UHGV virus genome: UHGV-0805728
DNA length: 12,967 nt
Strand: one strand, 5' to 3'
Source: a virus
In this document: positions 6,014-12,963 of the stretch, piece after piece
How positions within the stretch are numbered: position 1 is the first letter of the stretch
Layout of the letters: each line of letters starts with the position of its first letter
Notes under the pieces: model-generated
Database searches by the model: none
What the model saw: the letters and a program-made list of their open reading frames with translations, nothing else
What the model was told of the DNA's origin: nothing
Translations under genes and position numbers: made by a program

Positions 6014-6487
6014 TTAGTCTACCTGAACCCACCCACCTGCTACTTTTTTAAACATTCTTTGGTTATCGCTTCCTCGGAACGGTTTCTTGGTTGGCAAATC
6101 TTTTATATACTTACCATCAATGATGATATCAGCCAGTTTAAGAACATCACTAGAGATATGGTCAAATGTGAACCCAGTATACACAAGAATAGTTTTCTTG
6201 TCACCAAATTTTTCCTTAATTTTCTCCATCAGGCCAATAATACCTGGCTCATTATAGTATGCCAAGGGTTCTCCACCCAGCAGAGAGATACCGCACACAG
6301 ACGGGTTGTCCAAATCTGACAAGATTTTTTGCAAGTCTTCCTCGGTGAACTCTCTCCCCTTATCTTTTGACCAAAATGCCTGATTAAAGCAACCAGGGCA
6401 AGCGTGTGGGCACCCAGATACCCACAAGGCAGTTCTAATACCTGGCCCTTCGGTGTAAGATATTTCTGTGTATCCGGCAATGTTCAT
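6014..6487 (-). CDS. nrdG: anaerobic ribonucleotide reductase activating protein (radical-SAM activase), 157 aa from ATG 6487
   Basis: Cys cluster GCPHACPGCFN characteristic of NrdG-type activases; the ATG at 6487 has an ACGGAG ribosome-binding site and an ATGA overlap with the upstream small ORF. The ORF-track start at 6505 has no ribosome-binding site. Confidence 0.85.
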   Translation of the reverse strand: MNIAGYTEISYTEGPGIRTALWVSGCPHACPGCFNQAFWSKDKGREFTEEDLQKILSDLDNPSVCGISLLGGEPLAYYNEPGIIGLMEKIKEKFGDKKTILVYTGFTFDHISSDVLKLADIIIDGKYIKDLPTKKPFRGSDNQRMFKKVAGGWVQVD

Positions 6488-6600
6488 AGATACTCCGTAC
6501 CACATTCAGGGCAATACCAAATAAAATCATCCAGCGCCTTGCACCAACGAAGATTACAATGACAACCGCACTTGCAAATTTTATAAATACCTGTAGACAT
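6484..6600 (-). CDS. small Cys-rich zinc-ribbon-like protein (38 aa)
   Basis: ATG 6600 preceded by GAGG at about 8 nt; product MSTGIYKICKCGCHCNLRWCKALDDFIWYCPECGTEYL with 7 Cys (CKCGCHC...CPEC); stop overlaps the nrdG ATG (ATGA). Not in ORF track (under 60 aa). Confidence 0.4.
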   Translation of the reverse strand: MSTGIYKICKCGCHCNLRWCKALDDFIWYCPECGTEYL

Positions 6601-6630
6601 ACTGCACCTCATAGTTCACTGTGTATCAAC

Positions 6631-6660
6631 AATATGCCACATCCTTGTGACTTTTGTCAA
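6631..6660 (-). promoter_or_regulatory. candidate sigma70-type promoter P3 (perfect -35 TTGACA, weak -10 CATATT or TATTGT)
   Basis: TTGACA at 6660-6655 begins 3 nt after the nrdD stop, as in P1 and P2; the -10 element is only a 4/6 match. Confidence 0.3.
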
Positions 6661-6663
6661 GCA

Positions 6664-6903
6664 TCAGCAACCACAACTTCCATAGTGCTTAACTCGCTCG
6701 ATAACTTCAGCTTGCTTGCCTCTATTGTAAGGACGTGAGTTAGGACTGGAAAGGTATCCAGACACACGTCGAATTACACTGATCGTTCCCTCTTCGTGGT
6801 TTCCACAGTCTGGACATACAAAGCCTTTAGCTGTCGCGCTGAACTCACCAGAGAAACCACACTTGAGACATTTATCCACGGGCTGGTTAATACCAAAATA
6901 CAT
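6664..6903 (-). CDS. nrdD: anaerobic ribonucleotide reductase NrdD, C-terminal glycyl-radical/zinc-ribbon segment (third frame piece)
   Basis: YFGINQPVDKCLKCGFSGEF...CPDCGNH...RRVSGYL matches the recalled E. coli NrdD C-terminus (YMGINVPVDRCFECGFTGEF...CPKCGNH...RRVCGYLG); its frame is open only from 6909 and overlaps the central ORF. Confidence 0.8.
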   Translation of the reverse strand: MYFGINQPVDKCLKCGFSGEFSATAKGFVCPDCGNHEEGTISVIRRVSGYLSSPNSRPYNRGKQAEVIERVKHYGSCGC

Positions 6904-8555
6904 AATGTGTTATACCCGAAGTCAACAAGAGCCTCTAAAGCATCCAGGTTGTTTTTCAGGTTAGGTGTCTCTATGTATCCAATGTTGCCACCAGAGGAGA
7001 TCATAGCAAAACCTTCTTCATACTTCCACTTATCAAAAGGTGAACTATTGATCCATACTGGTTGGTGGAAACTGTTGGTGATATATTCATGCTCGTGCTT
7101 CAATACCTCAGGATATTCACGATCCAGACAGGTTGCAGCTTTGTAGCATAAGCTTTCAGAAGGGGTGCCGTACAAGCTGAATGCTAGACCACTTTCCTTT
7201 TTGTACCGATCACAAGCATCTTTCATGTGCTGAAGGATTCCAAGAGCTAAAGCCTTGTCTCCCTCTCTCCCCAAAATCTGACAGGTTTCATACACACCAA
7301 TATACCCAATACTGATGGAAGCGTACCCGTCATAGAAGAGTTTATCAATACTCTCTTCAGGATCCAAGCGAGCAAGAGCGCCTTCACACCACATGATGGG
7401 GTTCTGACCTGCCTTTGTCCCTTTTAGGCGGTTAACCCTTACAAGGTGAGCTTCATATGCCAAATCCAGATACTCGTCAAGAACGGTAAAGAAGTCAACA
7501 CCTTCTGTTTTAGCTTTTGCTGCAATCATTGGTAGGTTGAGGCTAACAACACCCAAGTTGAATCTGCCGAGGTATTTCTCCTCACCTGTTTCTAAGTCAT
7601 TGTATTTGCTAAGAAAACTCCGGCAACCCATGCTCGTTACTTTGCCATCTGTAGAACCTGTCACCTTACGATTTAGCGGAACAGAAACAAAGTCAGGATA
7701 AATTCGCTCTGCAGAGCATTCCAGAGCTAATCGTTTCAAATCATAGTTAGGATCCTCAGGGTTCATGTTGACACCCTCTTCTAAGAAGAACAGCACTTTA
7801 GGGAACACAGGTGTGATCCGTTCTTCACCAAGACCCATTTTGTGGACTTTCAGGTAGTTTTTGGTAATCATTCTACCAAATACCGAGGTATCAAGTCCTA
7901 AACTTAATGTTATGAACGGAGTTTGCCCGTTGACAGAAGTTAATGTGTTGATTTGATAAAGCAACGTCTGCATACTGTCAAACACGTCTTTATCGGTCAT
8001 CTGCATTGCAACGCCTTCAGCATCCGGCAACCAATGCTCCTGACAAAATTTAAGGTTCTTCTCATAGGTAGCTTCAGCATACTGTGCCAGATAATGATCA
8101 ATATGGCTCATAGTCTGACCACCATATTGAGCACTAGCCACTGCACTAGAGATTTGGCTAAGGATTGTTGTTGCAACCCCTATTGACTTAGGCTTGCTGA
8201 CATGGGCGTTACCAATGTTGAATCCGTTTTCCAGCATATCTGGATAATTTACCAAACAACAGTTTGTTAGAGGGCTGATCAGATAGTCAAGATCATGTAC
8301 ATGGATGAAGCCTTTTATTGTGCTCTTCGGAGACACGGTCTGGCAGGATCTGTGTTGATGCAAGGTGTTTGCTAAGGATGCCTGCAAGCAGGTCACGATG
8401 AGTGTGTACATGATTGGTAGGCTTATTTGCGTTTTCTTTTGTAAATTCATCACAAGTGCGATCCAAGAAGCCACTAATATCTGCAAGAAGTTTTCCACCT
8501 GCCTCTCTGTTATTATCCCTTGTCTGTCTGTATTGGATGTATTCTCTGGCTGCAC
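6774..8555 (-). CDS. nrdD: anaerobic ribonucleotide reductase NrdD, central catalytic segment (second frame piece)
   Basis: From about 8315 the frame reads KGFIHVHDLDY...NIGNAHVSKPKSIG...QYGGQT, collinear with recalled E. coli NrdD (GDIHYHDLDY...MGNAEIEPPKSIS...IYGGTT). The first ~80 and last ~43 residues of the 593-aa ORF look out-of-frame. Confidence 0.85.
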   Translation of the reverse strand: MQPENTSNTDRQGIITERQVENFLQILVASWIALVMNLQKKTQISLPIMYTLIVTCLQASLANTLHQHRSCQTVSPKSTIKGFIHVHDLDYLISPLTNCCLVNYPDMLENGFNIGNAHVSKPKSIGVATTILSQISSAVASAQYGGQTMSHIDHYLAQYAEATYEKNLKFCQEHWLPDAEGVAMQMTDKDVFDSMQTLLYQINTLTSVNGQTPFITLSLGLDTSVFGRMITKNYLKVHKMGLGEERITPVFPKVLFFLEEGVNMNPEDPNYDLKRLALECSAERIYPDFVSVPLNRKVTGSTDGKVTSMGCRSFLSKYNDLETGEEKYLGRFNLGVVSLNLPMIAAKAKTEGVDFFTVLDEYLDLAYEAHLVRVNRLKGTKAGQNPIMWCEGALARLDPEESIDKLFYDGYASISIGYIGVYETCQILGREGDKALALGILQHMKDACDRYKKESGLAFSLYGTPSESLCYKAATCLDREYPEVLKHEHEYITNSFHQPVWINSSPFDKWKYEEGFAMISSGGNIGYIETPNLKNNLDALEALVDFGYNTLCILVLTSPWINVSSVVSLVSSARQLKALYVQTVETTKRERSV

Positions 8556-8787
8556 ATTTTAAACCCATATCCATAAGAGCATCTTCAACAAGGATATGGA
8601 TATTTTTTACAGAGATTGTGCCCTGATCGGCTGGTAGATTGTTAGCAACAGCTTCATTAACCGCGCAGGCGATCCGGTAAGCTTCTTCTTCAGTATGTCC
8701 AGACTCAAGTAAGGCGGACTCTGCCGCCTTGATCACCTTAATTCCGTTATAGACCTCTTCTCTACCGTCTCGTTTTACAACTTTCAC
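8293..8787 (-). CDS. nrdD: anaerobic ribonucleotide reductase NrdD, N-terminal ATP-cone segment (first frame piece)
   Basis: MKVVKRDGREEVY... and ENANKPTNHVHTHRDLLAGILSKH match the NrdD N-terminus (recalled E. coli NENANKDSKVIPTQRDLLAGIVAKH); ATG 8787 overlaps the nrdC stop (ATGA); frame ends at 8293 right after an A4 run. Confidence 0.8.
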   Translation of the reverse strand: MKVVKRDGREEVYNGIKVIKAAESALLESGHTEEEAYRIACAVNEAVANNLPADQGTISVKNIHILVEDALMDMGLKCAAREYIQYRQTRDNNREAGGKLLADISGFLDRTCDEFTKENANKPTNHVHTHRDLLAGILSKHLASTQILPDRVSEEHNKRLHPCT

Positions 8788-9062
8788 TTTTTCTCTCCAA
8801 AATTGTTCTTAACAAAAGAGATGAAATCGTCAGCACCACCAATGTGGACACTGTCAAGGTCGCTTTCTAAGAAGATTTGAGGTAACGTTCTGGGAACAAT
8901 TGGGCTACACTTCTTAATAAGCTCTTCTTTTGTATAGCCCTCCCCTAGCGTCTTGTATACAAAAGGTAGACCTTTACTGACTGCAAATTCTTTTGCTCTT
9001 ACACAATGTGGACAATTATCCTTACCGTAAATAATGATGAAAAAAGATTTTTCACAACTCAT
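8784..9062 (-). CDS. nrdC: glutaredoxin-like redoxin (92 aa)
   Basis: CPHC active-site motif near the N-terminus, TLPQIF (cis-Pro region) and HIGGADDF (GG motif), positioned between nrdB and nrdD. Confidence 0.8.
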   Translation of the reverse strand: MSCEKSFFIIIYGKDNCPHCVRAKEFAVSKGLPFVYKTLGEGYTKEELIKKCSPIVPRTLPQIFLESDLDSVHIGGADDFISFVKNNFGEKK

Positions 9063-9065
9063 ATA

Positions 9066-10154
9066 TTAAAACTCCCAAATTTCTTCTTCAGCGTCGTTAA
9101 CAGTTGTGTTGACGCGGTAGTCAGTGTTCGACATTTCTTGGTTCGCCGTCTGTTGCAATGAAGGTTTCATCCACACCTGCATAAACGGTAGCGGGTCCTT
9201 TGTTGGCGGCACAAAGTCTTTGTCGATGTCGTAGTAATCATAAATCGGTGAGCAGTTATAGTCAACCCATTCTTTAAGCAACGGTGAGTTAAGACCTATA
9301 ATCGCTCTTCCTTCGCTGAAAATATAGTCACTCCAACCGTACTCCTTGGTTCGTACTTCATCAAGAATCTCTTTTAACTCTCCCTTTATCTCAAGGAAGC
9401 TTTTCTCCCATGCTGGATCATTAAGCAGGATATCAATGATGGCAAAATCACCTTTCGAATGCAGCATTTCGTCAAGCATGATTTTTTGAACAAGCTGCGC
9501 CACCTGAACAAAAATACCCTGTTCAGCTACTGCGAAAGTGCATGCAAAACTTGCAATAAACTCAATACTCTCCAGAGCTAAAAGTGCAAAAAGCGCTCTA
9601 AGAATGCATTTCCGTACAATATCTTCTTCAACACTGGAAGGATCCAGTCGGTATTTTGCACCAATAACCTCAAGCTCTTGCATATATTTGACAATAACCC
9701 CAGATCTGCTTAGCACGTTCTGGTTTTCCTGAATTTCTTCTATGATCTCGCGAGCATTAGGTAGGCACTGTCTAACAATCTCTGAGTAAGTAAGTGCGTG
9801 AAGAACTTCAATCTCCGACTGCTTCATCAACAGAGCGAAAAGCTCACTATTAGTGATGAATGGTGAAAAGAGGCAGATGATTGATCTTGCCGCAACGCTA
9901 TCAGCCTCCCATTGCCACATCAAGGTCTGCACCATCACGTCATAAGTTGACTTTGAGCATGTTACAAAATCTGAAATAGATTGCGACAAATCCACTTCAT
10001 CCTCTGCCCAATCCTGTTCTTTTTGTTTTTTATACAGTTCAAACAGTTGTGGGTATTTTTTATTGATAGAGTCATACATCCCCATTTGCTGTCCAAGAAA
10101 CAGAGGATAGTCACCAGTTTTATGAGCGGTGTTCTCAGCATTAAATACAGCCAT
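9066..10154 (-). CDS. nrdB: ribonucleotide reductase class Ia small (beta) subunit (362 aa)
   Basis: Full-length collinearity with E. coli NrdB from memory, including ESIEFIASFACTFAVAE (iron-ligand region; E. coli EAIRFYVSFACSFAFAE) and the acidic C-terminal tail ...EEEIWEF; ATG 10154 preceded by AGAGG. Confidence 0.9.
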   Translation of the reverse strand: MAVFNAENTAHKTGDYPLFLGQQMGMYDSINKKYPQLFELYKKQKEQDWAEDEVDLSQSISDFVTCSKSTYDVMVQTLMWQWEADSVAARSIICLFSPFITNSELFALLMKQSEIEVLHALTYSEIVRQCLPNAREIIEEIQENQNVLSRSGVIVKYMQELEVIGAKYRLDPSSVEEDIVRKCILRALFALLALESIEFIASFACTFAVAEQGIFVQVAQLVQKIMLDEMLHSKGDFAIIDILLNDPAWEKSFLEIKGELKEILDEVRTKEYGWSDYIFSEGRAIIGLNSPLLKEWVDYNCSPIYDYYDIDKDFVPPTKDPLPFMQVWMKPSLQQTANQEMSNTDYRVNTTVNDAEEEIWEF

Positions 10155-10165
10155 TATTCTACCTC

Positions 10166-10186
10166 TAAAATGGGGCCGAAGCCCCC
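10166..10186 (-). terminator. GC hairpin with UUCG tetraloop plus U4 tract between nrdA and nrdB (terminator or attenuator-like)
   Basis: Plus strand ggggc (10172-10176) cgaa gcccc (10181-10185); as minus-strand RNA GGGGC-UUCG-GCCCC followed by AUUUUAG, ending about 12 nt before the nrdB ATG. Confidence 0.4.
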
Positions 10187-10193
10187 TTTAAAA

Positions 10194-11507
10194 TTACAGT
10201 GCACAACTTTCGCAGTATGGATCTTCAACTGAACTATCTGCGATCAAAGGATAGTTCTTTCTGGTTTCATCTTCAGCCTGTTTCTTGGCATGAAGTTCCT
10301 CTGCCAGTGAGTCACCAGCACCAACCCTAGAGTTTAAATAATACCATGTCTTCATCCCGAATTTAGTGGCACGGATAAGGTACCCTAGTTGCTCCTTCAT
10401 TGAAATTTTACCATCTTTCAACTTGGTGTAATCTATGTATAAATCAGCGCTGATTGCCTGACCTGTGAATTTTTGAATCACGGCATACATATCGATCATG
10501 TCGTTGGTATCAACGTCCCAAGCCGAAGTGTAATACTCTTTCAACTCATCGTATTCAGGAACGATAAACAGCACCTGCCCTTGTGGAGACTTTTTAAAGA
10601 TAATGTGCTCACGGACAGGATAAACCCCGTTAGTGGTGTTTGTTGCCAGCGAAGAGCTTTCATTAGGCATATATGCTTCAAGAACGCTATTACGTAGCCC
10701 ACCATTTTCAATGATTTGTTTACGTAACCCTTCCCAATCCTGTTTAAGAGAAGGATCTTTCACCACACTGTCGACCTCTTTGTTATAGGTGTCGATTGGT
10801 AACCAACCCTCCGGGTATTTTGTTTTATGCATCCACTCACAGACACCACGCTCTTTTGCCAATCGTAAACTTGCTTTGTGCAAGCTGTAGCTGTGAAGCT
10901 CTGCAAGATCATGGACAAGCTGTTTACTTTCCGGAGATCCGTAAGTAACCTTGTGGCTGGCAATAAAATGTGCAACATTGGTAAGGCCAACCCCGATAGA
11001 TCTGCGTTTTTTAACCGTGCTCTCCATATTCTCATACGGATATGTCATGATTTCCATAACATTGTCAATCATAAGCACCGTGTAGTATGCAACATCTTCA
11101 TACTCCTCTGGGGTAACCCTCCCAGCTACAAGAGATGATAGGAAGCACAATGCAACCTCACCATCATCAGCATCGTACTTGAAGATATTACGCATATCTG
11201 AATAGCCTTTTGTCGGAAGGGCTATCTCGGCACACAGGTTGCTTGAATAGATTACATCTTTAAAAGGTGTATGTCTATTCATCTCGTCTGTCCAGTATAC
11301 GTACAGTCTTCCTACCTCAGTACGCTGCGTGATAAGTTCAGCAGCAAGATCTCTAGCACGGATCCATGTTTTAGGAATACTGTCATCTTTAGCGATCCGA
11401 TCAACCTCTGCATCAAACTCTTCCATAGACATGGTGAAGATGCCTTCATGTAGCTGAGGTGCGTGCTTATAAGAAACAAGCATCCAATCTAAATTTTTAG
11501 TCCACAC
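10194..11507 (-). CDS. nrdA: ribonucleotide reductase class Ia large (alpha) subunit, C-terminal catalytic segment (second frame piece)
   Basis: 437-aa ORF with SNLCAEIALPT (active-site Cys loop; recalled E. coli SNLCLEIALPT) and collinear downstream sequence; its GTG at 11507 has no ribosome-binding site. Confidence 0.9.
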   Translation of the reverse strand: MWTKNLDWMLVSYKHAPQLHEGIFTMSMEEFDAEVDRIAKDDSIPKTWIRARDLAAELITQRTEVGRLYVYWTDEMNRHTPFKDVIYSSNLCAEIALPTKGYSDMRNIFKYDADDGEVALCFLSSLVAGRVTPEEYEDVAYYTVLMIDNVMEIMTYPYENMESTVKKRRSIGVGLTNVAHFIASHKVTYGSPESKQLVHDLAELHSYSLHKASLRLAKERGVCEWMHKTKYPEGWLPIDTYNKEVDSVVKDPSLKQDWEGLRKQIIENGGLRNSVLEAYMPNESSSLATNTTNGVYPVREHIIFKKSPQGQVLFIVPEYDELKEYYTSAWDVDTNDMIDMYAVIQKFTGQAISADLYIDYTKLKDGKISMKEQLGYLIRATKFGMKTWYYLNSRVGAGDSLAEELHAKKQAEDETRKNYPLIADSSVEDPYCESCAL

Positions 11508-12510
11508 GGTTGATAAACGACCTATTAATACCTATGGAATAATCCATAGTGTTGATTCTTTTTGAAGCAACAGTCATAGGGTTTCTCAAACGGATTAGCT
11601 CATCAATCTGAGGGTCCAGTGCAAGGAATGACACTGTTGCCGAACCACCACGGGATTGTTGTCTATTCTCCTTAACCCCGGCATCAATACCACGATAATA
11701 TGGAAGCTTGCCCATATGTTTAATCGTGTTACCACGAACACCATCGCCTGCAGATCTTGACGATAAATAGTAGCCAATACCTGCTTGGTTAACCGTCATT
11801 GTGTACGCAACTTCCCGTGCCACACCAATAGACTTTGCTGTATCGTCAGCTTTTATTACGCAACAAGATGCATACCCTGTCTTACCTGTGCGTAGACCGT
11901 TTAAGTACGGTGTCGGAGCATTGATCTTTAAGTCTGACAGATAAGTGTATAATTTTACAACATCGTTAATACGGCGTTCTTTCGGCATATTCTTCATGAC
12001 AGCCATCGCTATCCCCATAAACATCATCTGGGGAGATTCAAACAGGGTGTCTTTAAGAGTATCCTTGATCCCGTATTTGTCACGAAACTGTTTAAGGACT
12101 GCATAGCCATAACCGAGATCTTTACTGTGATCAATAACAGTATTTAAAGTGTTTAACTCAGTAAAGCTATAACCCATATCCTCCCAATACCCTTTCTCAA
12201 CCATGGTATTGTAGAATGAGGGTAAGGAAGGGATCTTTGTAAATCCTCCAAAAGCCTCTTTGTAGATCTGACCAATAAGAACACGACCAGCCATACGGGA
12301 ATGTGCTTCGTCTTTACGGCTAACACATGAATCTATAATAGCCTGGTTAACTTCTTTGGTTGTGCATCCATCATACAGACGTTTGTATGCATCCATTGCA
12401 ATATGTGACCAATTGCCGTTACCGTCGTCACCGAAAATAGCTGCCTTATTTAAACGTTCTGGATCGAATTCAACTTCACATCCGTTACTTTTAATTACTT
12501 TGGTGATCAA
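11497..12510 (-). CDS. nrdA: ribonucleotide reductase class Ia large (alpha) subunit, N-terminal segment with ATP cone (first frame piece)
   Basis: 337-aa ORF starting MITKVIKSNGCEVEFDPERL (ATP-cone-like) and ending at ...INTMDYSIGINRSFINRVD (recalled E. coli ...RHMDYGVQINKLMYTRL); TTG start at 12510 preceded by GGAGGAAG at 7 nt spacing. Confidence 0.9.
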   Translation of the reverse strand: MITKVIKSNGCEVEFDPERLNKAAIFGDDGNGNWSHIAMDAYKRLYDGCTTKEVNQAIIDSCVSRKDEAHSRMAGRVLIGQIYKEAFGGFTKIPSLPSFYNTMVEKGYWEDMGYSFTELNTLNTVIDHSKDLGYGYAVLKQFRDKYGIKDTLKDTLFESPQMMFMGIAMAVMKNMPKERRINDVVKLYTYLSDLKINAPTPYLNGLRTGKTGYASCCVIKADDTAKSIGVAREVAYTMTVNQAGIGYYLSSRSAGDGVRGNTIKHMGKLPYYRGIDAGVKENRQQSRGGSATVSFLALDPQIDELIRLRNPMTVASKRINTMDYSIGINRSFINRVD

Positions 12511-12737
12511 TTTGCTTCCTCCACTTCATCAACGTATTTATCAAGGCAGGTATCAGTATCTTGCTGAGTAAAGGTATCCTCTTCTACAGAGATATTTATA
12601 ATTTTACCTGTATACTCATCATAATAAACATCATCGTACATTTTAATATCGTTTGTCAGGCCGTTGAACCAAAGCCACCCAACATACTCTGTCCGACTTG
12701 CAAAACCAAGATCCTTCCACTTGGAATTATGACTCAT
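12507..12737 (-). CDS. hypothetical acidic protein (76 aa from ATG 12737; ORF track extends to 12815)
   Basis: ATG 12737 preceded by GGTGGTGAAG, 10 nt after the stop of the upstream ORF; the first 26 residues of the ORF-track version look out-of-frame. Stop overlaps the nrdA TTG (TTGA). Confidence 0.5.
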   Translation of the reverse strand: MSHNSKWKDLGFASRTEYVGWLWFNGLTNDIKMYDDVYYDEYTGKIINISVEEDTFTQQDTDTCLDKYVDEVEEAN

Positions 12738-12747
12738 CTTCACCACC

Positions 12748-12963
12748 TTAGCTTTCAATACCGAATAATTTTTCCAGGCGATGCAGATCTTCAAAATTGA
12801 AAGGTTCATCAACAATATGAATATCTTCAGCCTTTTCAGATTGTTTTGTATACTTTCTTACATTAACACGATCCTCTACAGGGATATCGTATGGAAGATC
12901 TTGAACAAGCAGTGCCTCATCTGGCGCTTTATCCACATCTAAAATGTCTACACCATTATACAT
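12748..12963 (-). CDS. hypothetical acidic protein (71 aa; 5' end may lie beyond the window edge)
   Basis: ORF-track; the start at 12963 is 4 nt from the window end, so the true start cannot be verified. Confidence 0.45.
   Translation of the reverse strand: MYNGVDILDVDKAPDEALLVQDLPYDIPVEDRVNVRKYTKQSEKAEDIHIVDEPFNFEDLHRLEKLFGIES

Noticed and set aside
1223-11531. Alternative genetic code (stop-codon reassignment) as the cause of fragmented genes
   Set aside because: The interruptions are frame changes, not in-frame stop codons; the continuation is always in a different frame.
3743-11777. Minus-strand ORFs nested in alternative frames of conserved genes (3743..3937 in the ClpP-like gene, 6229..6480 in nrdG, 10760..11035 and 11595..11777 in nrdA)
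   Set aside because: They overlap well-supported genes on the same strand in another frame and have no start signals; most likely chance open frames.
6664-12510. Group I intron, intein or homing-endonuclease insertion as the cause of split nrdA and nrdD
   Set aside because: The pieces overlap by a few nucleotides and are rejoined by a 1-nt frame change with no intervening sequence, so there is no room for an intron or inserted gene.
810-12800. All 21 plus-strand ORFs in the track (810..1007, 1054..1317, 3651..3833, 4175..4366, 4243..4425, 4611..4910, 4937..5134, 5304..5540, 5833..6051, 6059..6319, 6796..7146, 7953..8186, 8365..8562, 8414..8626, 9538..9732, 9981..10232, 10473..10697, 10878..11138, 11271..11453, 12356..12571, 12561..12800)
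   Set aside because: Each lies antisense to a minus-strand gene with recognisable family features or clean coupling, and none has a convincing ribosome-binding site or recognisable motif. Translations are low-complexity or Cys/Leu/Phe-rich, as is typical of antisense frames.
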